This document shows, piece by piece, positions 8,083-16,712 of a stretch of 58,597 nucleotides of DNA. The DNA comes from an uncultured Clostridia bacterium. GTDB taxonomy: Bacteria > Bacillota > Clostridia > JAAYHZ01. The stretch covers positions 1 to 58,597 of the forward strand of contig CALCRE010000079.1 of assembly GCA_937894465.1 (NCBI GenBank), read 5' to 3'. Position numbers and translations under genes: made by a program. Every line of letters starts with the position of its first letter. The first letter of the stretch is position 1. The notes beneath the pieces were generated by a model that saw only the letters and a list, made by a program, of their open reading frames with translations, was not told the DNA's origin and ran no database searches.

Positions 8083-9153
8083 GTGAAAAAAAGATGGACA
8101 ACAAGAAGTGTATTATGGATCGTTCTGCTGATTGCTTTTTCGGCAGTGACGGTCGCCGGAGGTACGATGGCATGGTTTTCCGCCCAAGTAGATCCTATCG
8201 AAAATACTTTTACTGCAGGAACCGTTGAGATCTCAGCCGAAGAGACTGTAAGTCCCCCTGACGCTGTCAAGGAAAACTGGAACCCTGGAGACGAAGCTTA
8301 CAAGGAATATACCATTACAAACATAGGCACCAAGTGCGCTTATATCCGAGGAGAGATCACCGGTCAATGGTATTTACCCGGAGGAATAATACCATGGAAT
8401 CCTGAATCAAATCCCGTTATATGGGAAATTGTTCCGGAGTCGTCCGACCCGGGTTGGGTCAAAGTAGGTGACAAAATTGTTTATAACGAATCGTTACCGG
8501 GTACTTATTCAAAAGCTACATTAGATGAAAGGCAAGTTAAAGTCACTATTAGGGTAAAGTTGGACGGGGAAGGTGCAGACAATACATTCCAAGGAAAGGT
8601 ATTCAAGCTCAAGGCAGTGTTTGAAGCGGTTCAATGCACAAATGGCGCTATCAACGAAGTATGGCCTGAAGACCCTGAAGATCCTGAGGATCCTGAAGAA
8701 CCGGGAGACTACACTGAGGTCGGCTCGGCATGGGCAGACGGTACACCTTTTTCCGGTGGTAACGCAAAGTATTTCGTATACAACATGGGTCAAGGAACAG
8801 AAGTCAACCCGGTGTCAATCAATTTATATGAAGGCAGTAACTATAATTTGACAGGTCAGGTATTGGTGTGGAACACACAAGACACTTTGTATATCAAGGT
8901 AGCGACTGATTCGCCCTATAGCTTTAATCTCACTCACATGTATCCCGGGTTGGTACCTCCGGAAAAACATTCTCCGGGGCAATTAGGATATATAAATGGA
9001 TCATCGTATATAACAGAATATACCTATGAGGTCTCTTCCGTTTATACCAACTGGAAAGAAGGGCCGGATGAACGTAGTGAGATCCCTGTAGCATCCTTGG
9101 ATAACGATGAAACAATTTATATAGCGGTGCATGCAGACATATACAAAAAATAA
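8083..9153 (+). CDS. TasA/CalY-family SipW-dependent protein with PED linker and C-terminal beta-domain
   Basis: GGTMAWFS...NTFTAGTVEI, NWNPGD, TNIGT...YIR, N.FQGK.F.L..FEAVQ; RBS ggaggtgagg. Confidence 0.85.
   Translation: MKKRWTTRSVLWIVLLIAFSAVTVAGGTMAWFSAQVDPIENTFTAGTVEISAEETVSPPDAVKENWNPGDEAYKEYTITNIGTKCAYIRGEITGQWYLPGGIIPWNPESNPVIWEIVPESSDPGWVKVGDKIVYNESLPGTYSKATLDERQVKVTIRVKLDGEGADNTFQGKVFKLKAVFEAVQCTNGAINEVWPEDPEDPEDPEEPGDYTEVGSAWADGTPFSGGNAKYFVYNMGQGTEVNPVSINLYEGSNYNLTGQVLVWNTQDTLYIKVATDSPYSFNLTHMYPGLVPPEKHSPGQLGYINGSSYITEYTYEVSSVYTNWKEGPDERSEIPVASLDNDETIYIAVHADIYKK
8665..8700 (+). repeat. 9-bp tandem repeat encoding a (PED)n linker
   Basis: cctgaagac cctgaagat cctgaggat cctgaagaa. 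Confidence 0.85.
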
Positions 9154-9218
9154 GTATGCGCAATGTCAGAAATAAAACAAATCAGATTAAATAAAAATTT
9201 AAAGGAGAATTGAACGTT

Positions 9219-9824
9219 ATGAAAAGAAACATTTTTATCAGCATTTTAATCATCGCAATATCGGCTTCATTGATTGCCGGTGCGACAATGGCATGGTTTA
9301 CCGATGCAACGGAACCCATTGAAAACACATTTACTGCAGGAACAGTGGAAATTTCAGCGAATGAAACTAAGTTCCCTACTCCGGCGATGGCTGAGAATTG
9401 GAACCCCGGTGATGAAGCAGAAAAAGAATTTACTATTATTAATACCGGAACCAAGGGCATCTATTTAAGAGCTACTATTACAGGACAATGGTATAACAAG
9501 GATGGCAGTATATTTGTTCCTAATCCGACGGATAAAACTGTTGTAACATGGACCTTCTATGGCGATGGGGCAGCATGGACTAAAGATACTCTAAATGATA
9601 ATACATGGTATTACAACGATCCGATCGCCGGAACATACAGTGGTGCAACTCAAGAGGCCAGAACAGTCAAACTGAACATCAAAGTAAAATTAGCTGGAGC
9701 GGAGACTGATAATCAATATCAAGGCAAGGTATTTAAACTGTCTACAACATTCGAATCCATCCAAAGTTCCAATGGCGCTGTTGACACTTGGACAGGAAAT
9801 CCTTATCCGGTAGTAGCACAATAA
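9219..9824 (+). CDS. TasA/CalY-family SipW-dependent protein, core only (major filament subunit candidate)
   Basis: GATMAWFTD...NTFTAGTVEI, NWNPGD, INTGTKGIYLR, NQYQGK...FESIQ. Alternative TTG start at 9210. Confidence 0.85.
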   Translation: MKRNIFISILIIAISASLIAGATMAWFTDATEPIENTFTAGTVEISANETKFPTPAMAENWNPGDEAEKEFTIINTGTKGIYLRATITGQWYNKDGSIFVPNPTDKTVVTWTFYGDGAAWTKDTLNDNTWYYNDPIAGTYSGATQEARTVKLNIKVKLAGAETDNQYQGKVFKLSTTFESIQSSNGAVDTWTGNPYPVVAQ

Positions 9825-9876
9825 GGAGTAACTTCATGATGCTATAAGGAATCATGAATGAAAGGAGAGACGGATT

Positions 9877-10926
9877 ATGAAAAAAAGATGGATTACATGG
9901 GTTCTAATCGTTGTTGTCCTGATAATGACCGTCGGAGGAACAACGTTAGCATGGTTTACCGCCACTGCACCGGAACAGGTAAACACATTCACAGCCGGTA
10001 CGGTTGAAATAGAAGCAGGTGGAGAAGGAACAGGGCAAATCATTGATGGGAACTGGAATCCCGGAGATACCGATGATTTCGATTGGGAAATCATCAACAA
10101 GGGAACCAAAGCAGTGTACATACGTGCAAAATTGGATATGAACTGGCTTCCCAATCAATACAGGCTTCTTGTGTTATATACCGGGGAATCGGTACAGCTG
10201 CTTGCAATAGAGTGGGATCAAAATATTACAATCCCTTCTATAGATGGCCCCATTGCAACCGGTGATCTGAAAGTCAGACATCCTGTCAGTACAGCATACA
10301 TGATCGGAACATTCGGAAGCTTGAGCAACGTTGATATTCTGAAGAACGGTACCGAGTACAATGTGTGGTGCATAGATCATTGGACCTCTATCAACAGAGA
10401 TACATGGTACGATGTACAGATCTTTGACCCGATCAGTAACCCGGATTGGTATAGCGGTTTGGATGTACAGCAATATTGGAAGAATATACCGATGAGCAAG
10501 ATCGCATTCATCATCAATCAAAACTACTTGGCTGAAGGTTACACAGTGGATGACATCCAAAATGCCATTTGGCATTTCACCAATGGTGATGATGTCAGTG
10601 GAAAGGCAAAGGAAATTGTTGATAAGGCCAATGCAGGATATGATTTACCGTCAGACAACGTCATATTCACTTTGTTAGGTGAAAATTGGATCTACAAGAA
10701 CGGATATTACTATTACAAAGATGTAGTACCCGGAAGCTACACACAAGCAGATGAAACATTACGTACCATTATTTTTGATGCAAGGTTGAAGTTGGACGGT
10801 GATAAGACCGACGACAAATACCAAGGCAGAAGCTTTGTCATCACTGTGAAGTTCGAAGCGATCCAAAGCTCGAATAAAGCTGTGAACGATGCATGGCCTG
10901 ATCATCCATATAATCTACCGGCATAA
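9877..10926 (+). CDS. TasA/CalY-family protein with an inserted thioester (TED/TQXA-like) domain
   Basis: GTTLAWFT...NTFTAGTVEI and NWNPGD core split by a ~170-aa insert containing WCID and IQNAIWHF. Confidence 0.8.
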   Translation: MKKRWITWVLIVVVLIMTVGGTTLAWFTATAPEQVNTFTAGTVEIEAGGEGTGQIIDGNWNPGDTDDFDWEIINKGTKAVYIRAKLDMNWLPNQYRLLVLYTGESVQLLAIEWDQNITIPSIDGPIATGDLKVRHPVSTAYMIGTFGSLSNVDILKNGTEYNVWCIDHWTSINRDTWYDVQIFDPISNPDWYSGLDVQQYWKNIPMSKIAFIINQNYLAEGYTVDDIQNAIWHFTNGDDVSGKAKEIVDKANAGYDLPSDNVIFTLLGENWIYKNGYYYYKDVVPGSYTQADETLRTIIFDARLKLDGDKTDDKYQGRSFVITVKFEAIQSSNKAVNDAWPDHPYNLPA

Positions 10927-10941
10927 CTTAGGAGAATTTAC

Positions 10942-11751
10942 ATGGGTACTATGATTAAATACGGAAGGTTCGTATTTCCAGACGGGAGTGTATATCTAGG
11001 TGAATACCGTGATGACAAAAAACACGGTATCGGGGTATACACTTTCCCCGACGGGGAGCAATATGAAGGTGAGTTTTACAACGATATGAAGGACGGTTAT
11101 GGTACCTATATTTGGGCAGACGGAAGGAAATATGCCGGATACTTCAAAGAAGATATGCTATGGGGAGAAGGCATGTACATATGGCAGGATGATTCAAGAT
11201 TTACCGGTCGATGGTTGGAAAATGAAAAGCAGGGTGCCGGTACATATTTATTTGCCAACGGACAAAAGTGTACTTGCATGTTTTCCTCGGGAGAAGTGAA
11301 AGGAAAAGTTACCATATATGCTAAAGATGGAAAAAAAGAAAAAGAAATTTTTGTAGCAGAAGAATCCGGCATGGAAGAGCTTCTTTCATTGTTACCGGCA
11401 ACCTATTTTGTCAAGCATGGAACATATGTCACTTTAGATGGAAATAAATACACCGGAGAACACCAAAAAGGAAAGATGGACGGTCAAGGGATCTATTGCT
11501 TTTCCGGTGGTGATAAATATACCGGTGAGTTTGTAAATGATGCAAGAGAAGGATTAGGAAGTTATGAATGGAAGGATGGCAGGAAATACATCGGTGAGTT
11601 TATGAAAAATATACCTCATGGCCATGGCTATTTAGTTCTCCAAGAAGGAGAAACCTACGCCGGTGTTTTTGATCACGGAAAGATCGATGGAAATCAAGTG
11701 ATATATGTAAATGACAATTCGGAGTTAATCATTATAAAAGGTATCGTATGA
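10942..11751 (+). CDS. MORN-repeat protein
   Basis: About ten Y.GEF.....G.G.Y.(F/W).DG..Y repeats. Confidence 0.9.
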   Translation: MGTMIKYGRFVFPDGSVYLGEYRDDKKHGIGVYTFPDGEQYEGEFYNDMKDGYGTYIWADGRKYAGYFKEDMLWGEGMYIWQDDSRFTGRWLENEKQGAGTYLFANGQKCTCMFSSGEVKGKVTIYAKDGKKEKEIFVAEESGMEELLSLLPATYFVKHGTYVTLDGNKYTGEHQKGKMDGQGIYCFSGGDKYTGEFVNDAREGLGSYEWKDGRKYIGEFMKNIPHGHGYLVLQEGETYAGVFDHGKIDGNQVIYVNDNSELIIIKGIV

Positions 11752-11801
11752 GATAATTTACCAACTTGAATTTACATATAATATAGAAACAATGAAGGAA
11801 A

Positions 11802-13577
11802 GTGAATAAATTGGAGACAAATAATAGATTCATTAAAAATAATAAAAAAATTAAAGTATTATTGGCTACGGAAGGAACGTACCCTTACCATACCGGTGGA
11901 GTCAGCACTTGGTGTGATGCTTTGATTAGAAACCTGGACAATGTGGAGTACATGGTGTATAGCATTGTCATGAATCCGTATGTCACCCAATCCATGGCTC
12001 TTCCTGATGATGCGAAGATGCTCAAAGTACCGCTTTGGGGTACTGAAGAACCTTTCGAGCATTTAAATATCCCTTTTTCACAAGTTTACCGAACGAAAGG
12101 CAATACGGATAATCGGGTCATCGAGGAAGAGTTTATTCCGTTGTTTAAAGAAATCGTTCAAGATATTTTATCGGAAAATAAAAAACCTGTAAGGCTGGGC
12201 TATTTAATCGCCGAGATGTATCAATATTTTCAAAGGTATGACTATAAAGATACATTTAAATCAGAAATCACTTGGGAGGTATTCAAGGAGCTTGTCCTTG
12301 AAACGGCAAACGATAACAAGAACCGTTTAGGCCAGCCGTCGGTTTTCTCTATGATTCAAAGTTTAGGATGGTTATACAGGTTTTTTACCATATTGTACAC
12401 TCCGGTTCCGAAAACCGATATTACCCATTCTGCTGCTGCTGCTTTCTGCGGGATCCCTTGTGTCATATCCAAGATTTTGTATGGTACTCCCTATTTATTA
12501 ACCGAACATGGTGTGTATTTAAGAGAGCAATATTTGTCTTTGTCCAAAAGAGGTTATGACAAGTATTTGTCTACATTTTTTATACGAATGGTTCAATCCA
12601 TTGTGAAGCTGAATTACGCTTATGCCGATCAAATTTCTCCGGTGTGCAGTTATAACACTCGGTGGGAAACTAAGTTGGGTGTTTTACCGGGAAAGATTAA
12701 AGTCATCTACAACGGTGTCAATGCGGAATATTTCAAGCCCAAAGAAAGTCTGAGAGCAGGAGATCATTTGAGAGTGGTGGCAGTGGCCAGAGTCGACCCG
12801 GTAAAGGACTTGTTATCTATGATCACGGCGGCTAGAACGGTGAAGGATCAAATAAAAAATGTGACATTCCATGTATATGGTTCAGTAACTGTACCGGAAT
12901 ATTACGAAGAATGTCTTGACCATGTAAAAAAGTTAAACTTGCAAAACACATTCTTTTTTGAGGGAAATACCAATGATACTCCTTCGGCGTATGCAAGCGG
13001 AGACATGATCATATTGTCTTCCATTACCGAAGGTTTCCCATATTCGGTGGTAGAAGCCATGATGATGGGAAAGCCGGTGGTATCTACTAATGTAGGTGGA
13101 ATTTCCGAAGCTATGGGAGGTATCGGGTTGTTAAGCACACCTGGAAAACCGGATGAGTTGGCGCAATTGCTTATTACTGTTTTAAGCGATAAAGCCATGA
13201 GAGAGGATATGGGAAGAAGAGGTAGGGAAAGGGCTTTAGATCTGTTTACCATAGAAGAAAACGCTAAAAATTATTATGACAGCTACAAAAAGCTCATTGA
13301 TCGAAACATTGCTGTAAAAAGGGAGAACGAACGACTTGCCAAACAAGAACTAACAGCTGAGAGAGGTTATGCATTGATCGAATCCGGGCAATGGAATGTA
13401 GGCATAGCGGAATTGAAGAAAGCAGTTAATGAATATCCGGATTCTATTGCAACCCCTGTATTGCTGAATAAAATATCTGAAGCATATGAATCTTTGGGTG
13501 ATTATGATTCTGCAAAAAATGAAAAGATGAAAGCCGATTTATTGGCCGAAGTATATGTCGGAACCAGAATCGCATAG
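11802..13577 (+). CDS. pelF: GT4 glycosyltransferase PelF-like (DUF3492 + GT-B) with C-terminal TPR
   Basis: EGTYPY..GGVSTW, LLTEHGVYLRE and EX7E (EGFPYSVVE) motifs; TPR-like tail. Confidence 0.85.
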   Translation: MNKLETNNRFIKNNKKIKVLLATEGTYPYHTGGVSTWCDALIRNLDNVEYMVYSIVMNPYVTQSMALPDDAKMLKVPLWGTEEPFEHLNIPFSQVYRTKGNTDNRVIEEEFIPLFKEIVQDILSENKKPVRLGYLIAEMYQYFQRYDYKDTFKSEITWEVFKELVLETANDNKNRLGQPSVFSMIQSLGWLYRFFTILYTPVPKTDITHSAAAAFCGIPCVISKILYGTPYLLTEHGVYLREQYLSLSKRGYDKYLSTFFIRMVQSIVKLNYAYADQISPVCSYNTRWETKLGVLPGKIKVIYNGVNAEYFKPKESLRAGDHLRVVAVARVDPVKDLLSMITAARTVKDQIKNVTFHVYGSVTVPEYYEECLDHVKKLNLQNTFFFEGNTNDTPSAYASGDMIILSSITEGFPYSVVEAMMMGKPVVSTNVGGISEAMGGIGLLSTPGKPDELAQLLITVLSDKAMREDMGRRGRERALDLFTIEENAKNYYDSYKKLIDRNIAVKRENERLAKQELTAERGYALIESGQWNVGIAELKKAVNEYPDSIATPVLLNKISEAYESLGDYDSAKNEKMKADLLAEVYVGTRIA

Positions 13578-13589
13578 AAGGTGATAGAT

Positions 13590-13913
13590 ATGGTGGAACA
13601 AACACAATACATTCCTGATCAAGAAACATTTGATAGGCTGCAAAAAGAGCTTTTGACATTAATAGGAGAGAAAAAGTCCTTACAAGGCCGATACGAACAA
13701 TTGATGAAAAAAGTTATGGTATTAGATGAAGTAAGGCAGCCGATCATGGAAAAACTTTCAGAACAGGTTGCAACCGGTGTTGTAAAGCTCTTTATGTCCG
13801 AGAAAGTAATGGAAGGCAAGAACCGGAAGATTCTTCAAAAGCAGGAGGAGTACCAAGAAAACAGCATAAGGATGCGTAATAGGATCGCGGAACTGTTACA
13901 AACCATCGATTAG
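13590..13913 (+). CDS. Small coiled-coil hypothetical protein
   Basis: RBS aggtga; heptad pattern; within the operon. Confidence 0.6.
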   Translation: MVEQTQYIPDQETFDRLQKELLTLIGEKKSLQGRYEQLMKKVMVLDEVRQPIMEKLSEQVATGVVKLFMSEKVMEGKNRKILQKQEEYQENSIRMRNRIAELLQTID

Positions 13914-13980
13914 ACCGGTGAAACACCTTTCGTAGATAGAGTATTTAATAACCGGTGAAAGGAAGGAGGTTGAGTGATTC

Positions 13981-14991
13981 ATGGTAACAAGGTTAGATAC
14001 GGAAAATCGAAGCGGAAATAGCGAGGGAACCTTAATTAATGGACTTGTCGCGACGAATGACAGTGACGAATTCATGTCTATGAGTGATGTAGAAAAGATA
14101 GATGTTATTAAAAAGATGAATAGGGATGTTATTTTGCTTAAAGAAAACATTTCGTCCTTAAAAGATCAAATTGAACTGTTAGAAAAAATCACAGGGGAGC
14201 CGGCGGAATTAAAGCAGTTTTCCGAGGGGTATGCCAAAAAGGTTTTCCAAGCGATCAATATTCTTTTTGAACAAGAAGTGAAAAATTTACAAGAGCGCCA
14301 ACAAAAAGAGTCGGATATCATTCAATCAAAGATGAATGATATAAAAAAGAAGGTTTATGCCCGACAAGTCAAGTCGTCTATTTTGTTGGACAGTATTGAA
14401 AAAAAGCTGCAAGACAGTACTATGTTGGATATCGATGATCAGATAAACACTTCCTTCATGAAAGAAGCCGAAGACGAAGTTGATTTAGACGATTTAATCT
14501 TTCAGATGAAAACAAGTATTAAAAAGAAAGAGGATTCGGCCGTGGAAAAACCTGCCACGAAGAAACAAATTGTACCAACCGAGGTCGTTCAAGAAACTTT
14601 TTTACCGGAAATACAGATGGAACCGGTTATTCACCATATTGAAACAGAGAAAACCGTTGAACCGGAAGAATCTGTTGAGCAAGAGAAAAAGGTGATTGAT
14701 GGTTTTTGGGAGACCGAGAAGACAGAACATACCGAAGAGCGCATCGAACCTAAAGATCCACCGCAAATTCAACTACCGGTAACAGAGAAAGGCGGTGTAA
14801 AACCATCCGGTAACAAATATGCTTATATAATTAACAAAGTAGCCGGAGAAGATTTATATGACAAAAGCGGCAAGCTTATTATTGCTAAAAATGAATATAT
14901 TACTGAAAAGATAATTCACAAAGCCGAGGTGGAAGGTAAATTTGTAACACTGGTTGTAAACATGAAACTACAACCGGATCACGAGAGTTAA
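13981..14991 (+). CDS. Coiled-coil protein with acidic linker and small C-terminal globular domain
   Basis: RBS ggaggt; C-terminal KVAGEDLYDKSGKLIIAKNEYITEKII domain. Confidence 0.65.
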   Translation: MVTRLDTENRSGNSEGTLINGLVATNDSDEFMSMSDVEKIDVIKKMNRDVILLKENISSLKDQIELLEKITGEPAELKQFSEGYAKKVFQAINILFEQEVKNLQERQQKESDIIQSKMNDIKKKVYARQVKSSILLDSIEKKLQDSTMLDIDDQINTSFMKEAEDEVDLDDLIFQMKTSIKKKEDSAVEKPATKKQIVPTEVVQETFLPEIQMEPVIHHIETEKTVEPEESVEQEKKVIDGFWETEKTEHTEERIEPKDPPQIQLPVTEKGGVKPSGNKYAYIINKVAGEDLYDKSGKLIIAKNEYITEKIIHKAEVEGKFVTLVVNMKLQPDHES

Positions 14992-14992
14992 T

Positions 14993-16681
14993 ATGGATAA
15001 GAATCAATTTATAGTACACGAAAATGTAAATGTAGAGAATCTTCCAAAGCAACAAACAATTGGGGCGATTCAAGACACATCTTCGGAAGCTCACCAGGTC
15101 ATTGATTTTACGGATATCGAAGCTTTAAAACAATTAGCCGATTATATAACAAGCATTCGAAATAAACCGGAAGATGAATATGAGATTGCTGCCTTGTTAG
15201 AATCAACCGGATGGAGTGATGCAAGGGTAAAAGAGACCTATGGATTTGCGAATGTATTTGAGATGGCCAAAACTTTGTGGAGAATCATTCGAAAGAAAAG
15301 AACATTCAATTTGTTTACCCCTATGACCAAAATTCGGTTGAATGAATATCCTTTGATGTTTTTTAGATATTTCATGAAAGGAACGATATTTGCTTTACCC
15401 ATGGCCATATCGGTGTTTGCCATGTTGACCATTCGGTTTTCCTTATGGTCTTATGAGAGCTACAACGTAGAAATAGCCACCTCTATTGCCATCGGCACCA
15501 TATTGAGCTTTTTATGCATCGGTGGTTTTACCCAAGCCATTGCCAAGCAAGGATATGGATATATACGACAAGGCTATTATGATATGGCACGAAAGGCCAC
15601 CTTTTATTTCGTTCGTTTAGGTTGGATATTAAGTATATTAGTAGTAGCGGTTTTATTGATGGGCAACTTTGTTTTTGGTATCTTTCCTTTCAGAATGTTA
15701 TTTTTGATTATAAGCTACTACTTTATATTGGACGTCATATGGTTATCGGTAACCATTATGTATGTCTTGGAAAAAGAATTGATCTTTTCCGGTCTGTTGG
15801 TGCTTGGAATATTTGTTATATATATTCTGTTTCGCATATTGAAGATGGATATTATCTTATCTCAATTGATCGCCATGTCCGGTGTGGCAATTTTGGGAGC
15901 CACGGTTGCCTTTGGCATATTCAAAAGGCTGGAGAGAAAGCAAGACCATGTGGGGATCAAACCGGAGTTGCCTAGAAAAACTGTAATTTTAAACTCTGTA
16001 GGACAATACTTCCTATATGGTTTTTCCTACTTTGCATTTTTGTTTACAGATCGTTTGATATCTTGGTCTACTGATGATATCTATATGCCGTTTATTATCT
16101 GGTTCCGAGGAGAATATGAATTGGGATTGGACTTTGCATTGTTGATGCTAATTATACCTATGGGTTTCGTTGAATTTATCGTTAATGAGATGATGGTAGG
16201 GCTTCTCGGTACACAACAAGATTATTTCAGCTATGAAGTCGATAAGATGTATAAGCGGTATTTAAAGATATATGCCAAGCGAGCGGTGTTGATATTGGTG
16301 ATCACAATATTATCCTGCCTTTTAATTCACCGGGTGGTAATGCTGTTGGGGAATAACCGATTTGCATTTATCAATATTCATATATCGGATATAACGTATT
16401 ATGTGTTCATTGTTGCCATGATCGGATATGGTTTTACCGCCATCTCTTTGCTTAATGCCGAGCTCTTATTCTGTTTGATACAACCGAAATTAGCCAACAA
16501 GTGCATCGTGCCTGCTTTGCTAACTAATATGTTCGTTGGCTTTATACTCAGTCGATGGTTCGGACATCAATATGCAGTGTGGGGATTGTTGGTGGGATCA
16601 CTGGTGTTTTTGATCATGAGCAGCCAAAAGGTGATTAAGGTTTTAAAGAATCTGGATTATTATTTGTACGGAGCGACCTAA
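14993..16681 (+). CDS. pelG: PelG-like exopolysaccharide transporter (polytopic membrane protein)
   Basis: About 12 TM helices, DRLISW motif, N-terminal EIAALLESTGWSD...YGFANVF extension, located downstream of pelF. Confidence 0.7.
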   Translation: MDKNQFIVHENVNVENLPKQQTIGAIQDTSSEAHQVIDFTDIEALKQLADYITSIRNKPEDEYEIAALLESTGWSDARVKETYGFANVFEMAKTLWRIIRKKRTFNLFTPMTKIRLNEYPLMFFRYFMKGTIFALPMAISVFAMLTIRFSLWSYESYNVEIATSIAIGTILSFLCIGGFTQAIAKQGYGYIRQGYYDMARKATFYFVRLGWILSILVVAVLLMGNFVFGIFPFRMLFLIISYYFILDVIWLSVTIMYVLEKELIFSGLLVLGIFVIYILFRILKMDIILSQLIAMSGVAILGATVAFGIFKRLERKQDHVGIKPELPRKTVILNSVGQYFLYGFSYFAFLFTDRLISWSTDDIYMPFIIWFRGEYELGLDFALLMLIIPMGFVEFIVNEMMVGLLGTQQDYFSYEVDKMYKRYLKIYAKRAVLILVITILSCLLIHRVVMLLGNNRFAFINIHISDITYYVFIVAMIGYGFTAISLLNAELLFCLIQPKLANKCIVPALLTNMFVGFILSRWFGHQYAVWGLLVGSLVFLIMSSQKVIKVLKNLDYYLYGAT

Positions 16682-16712
16682 GGCTATATCTTAAAGAGAG
16701 GGGGTTGGAAAG

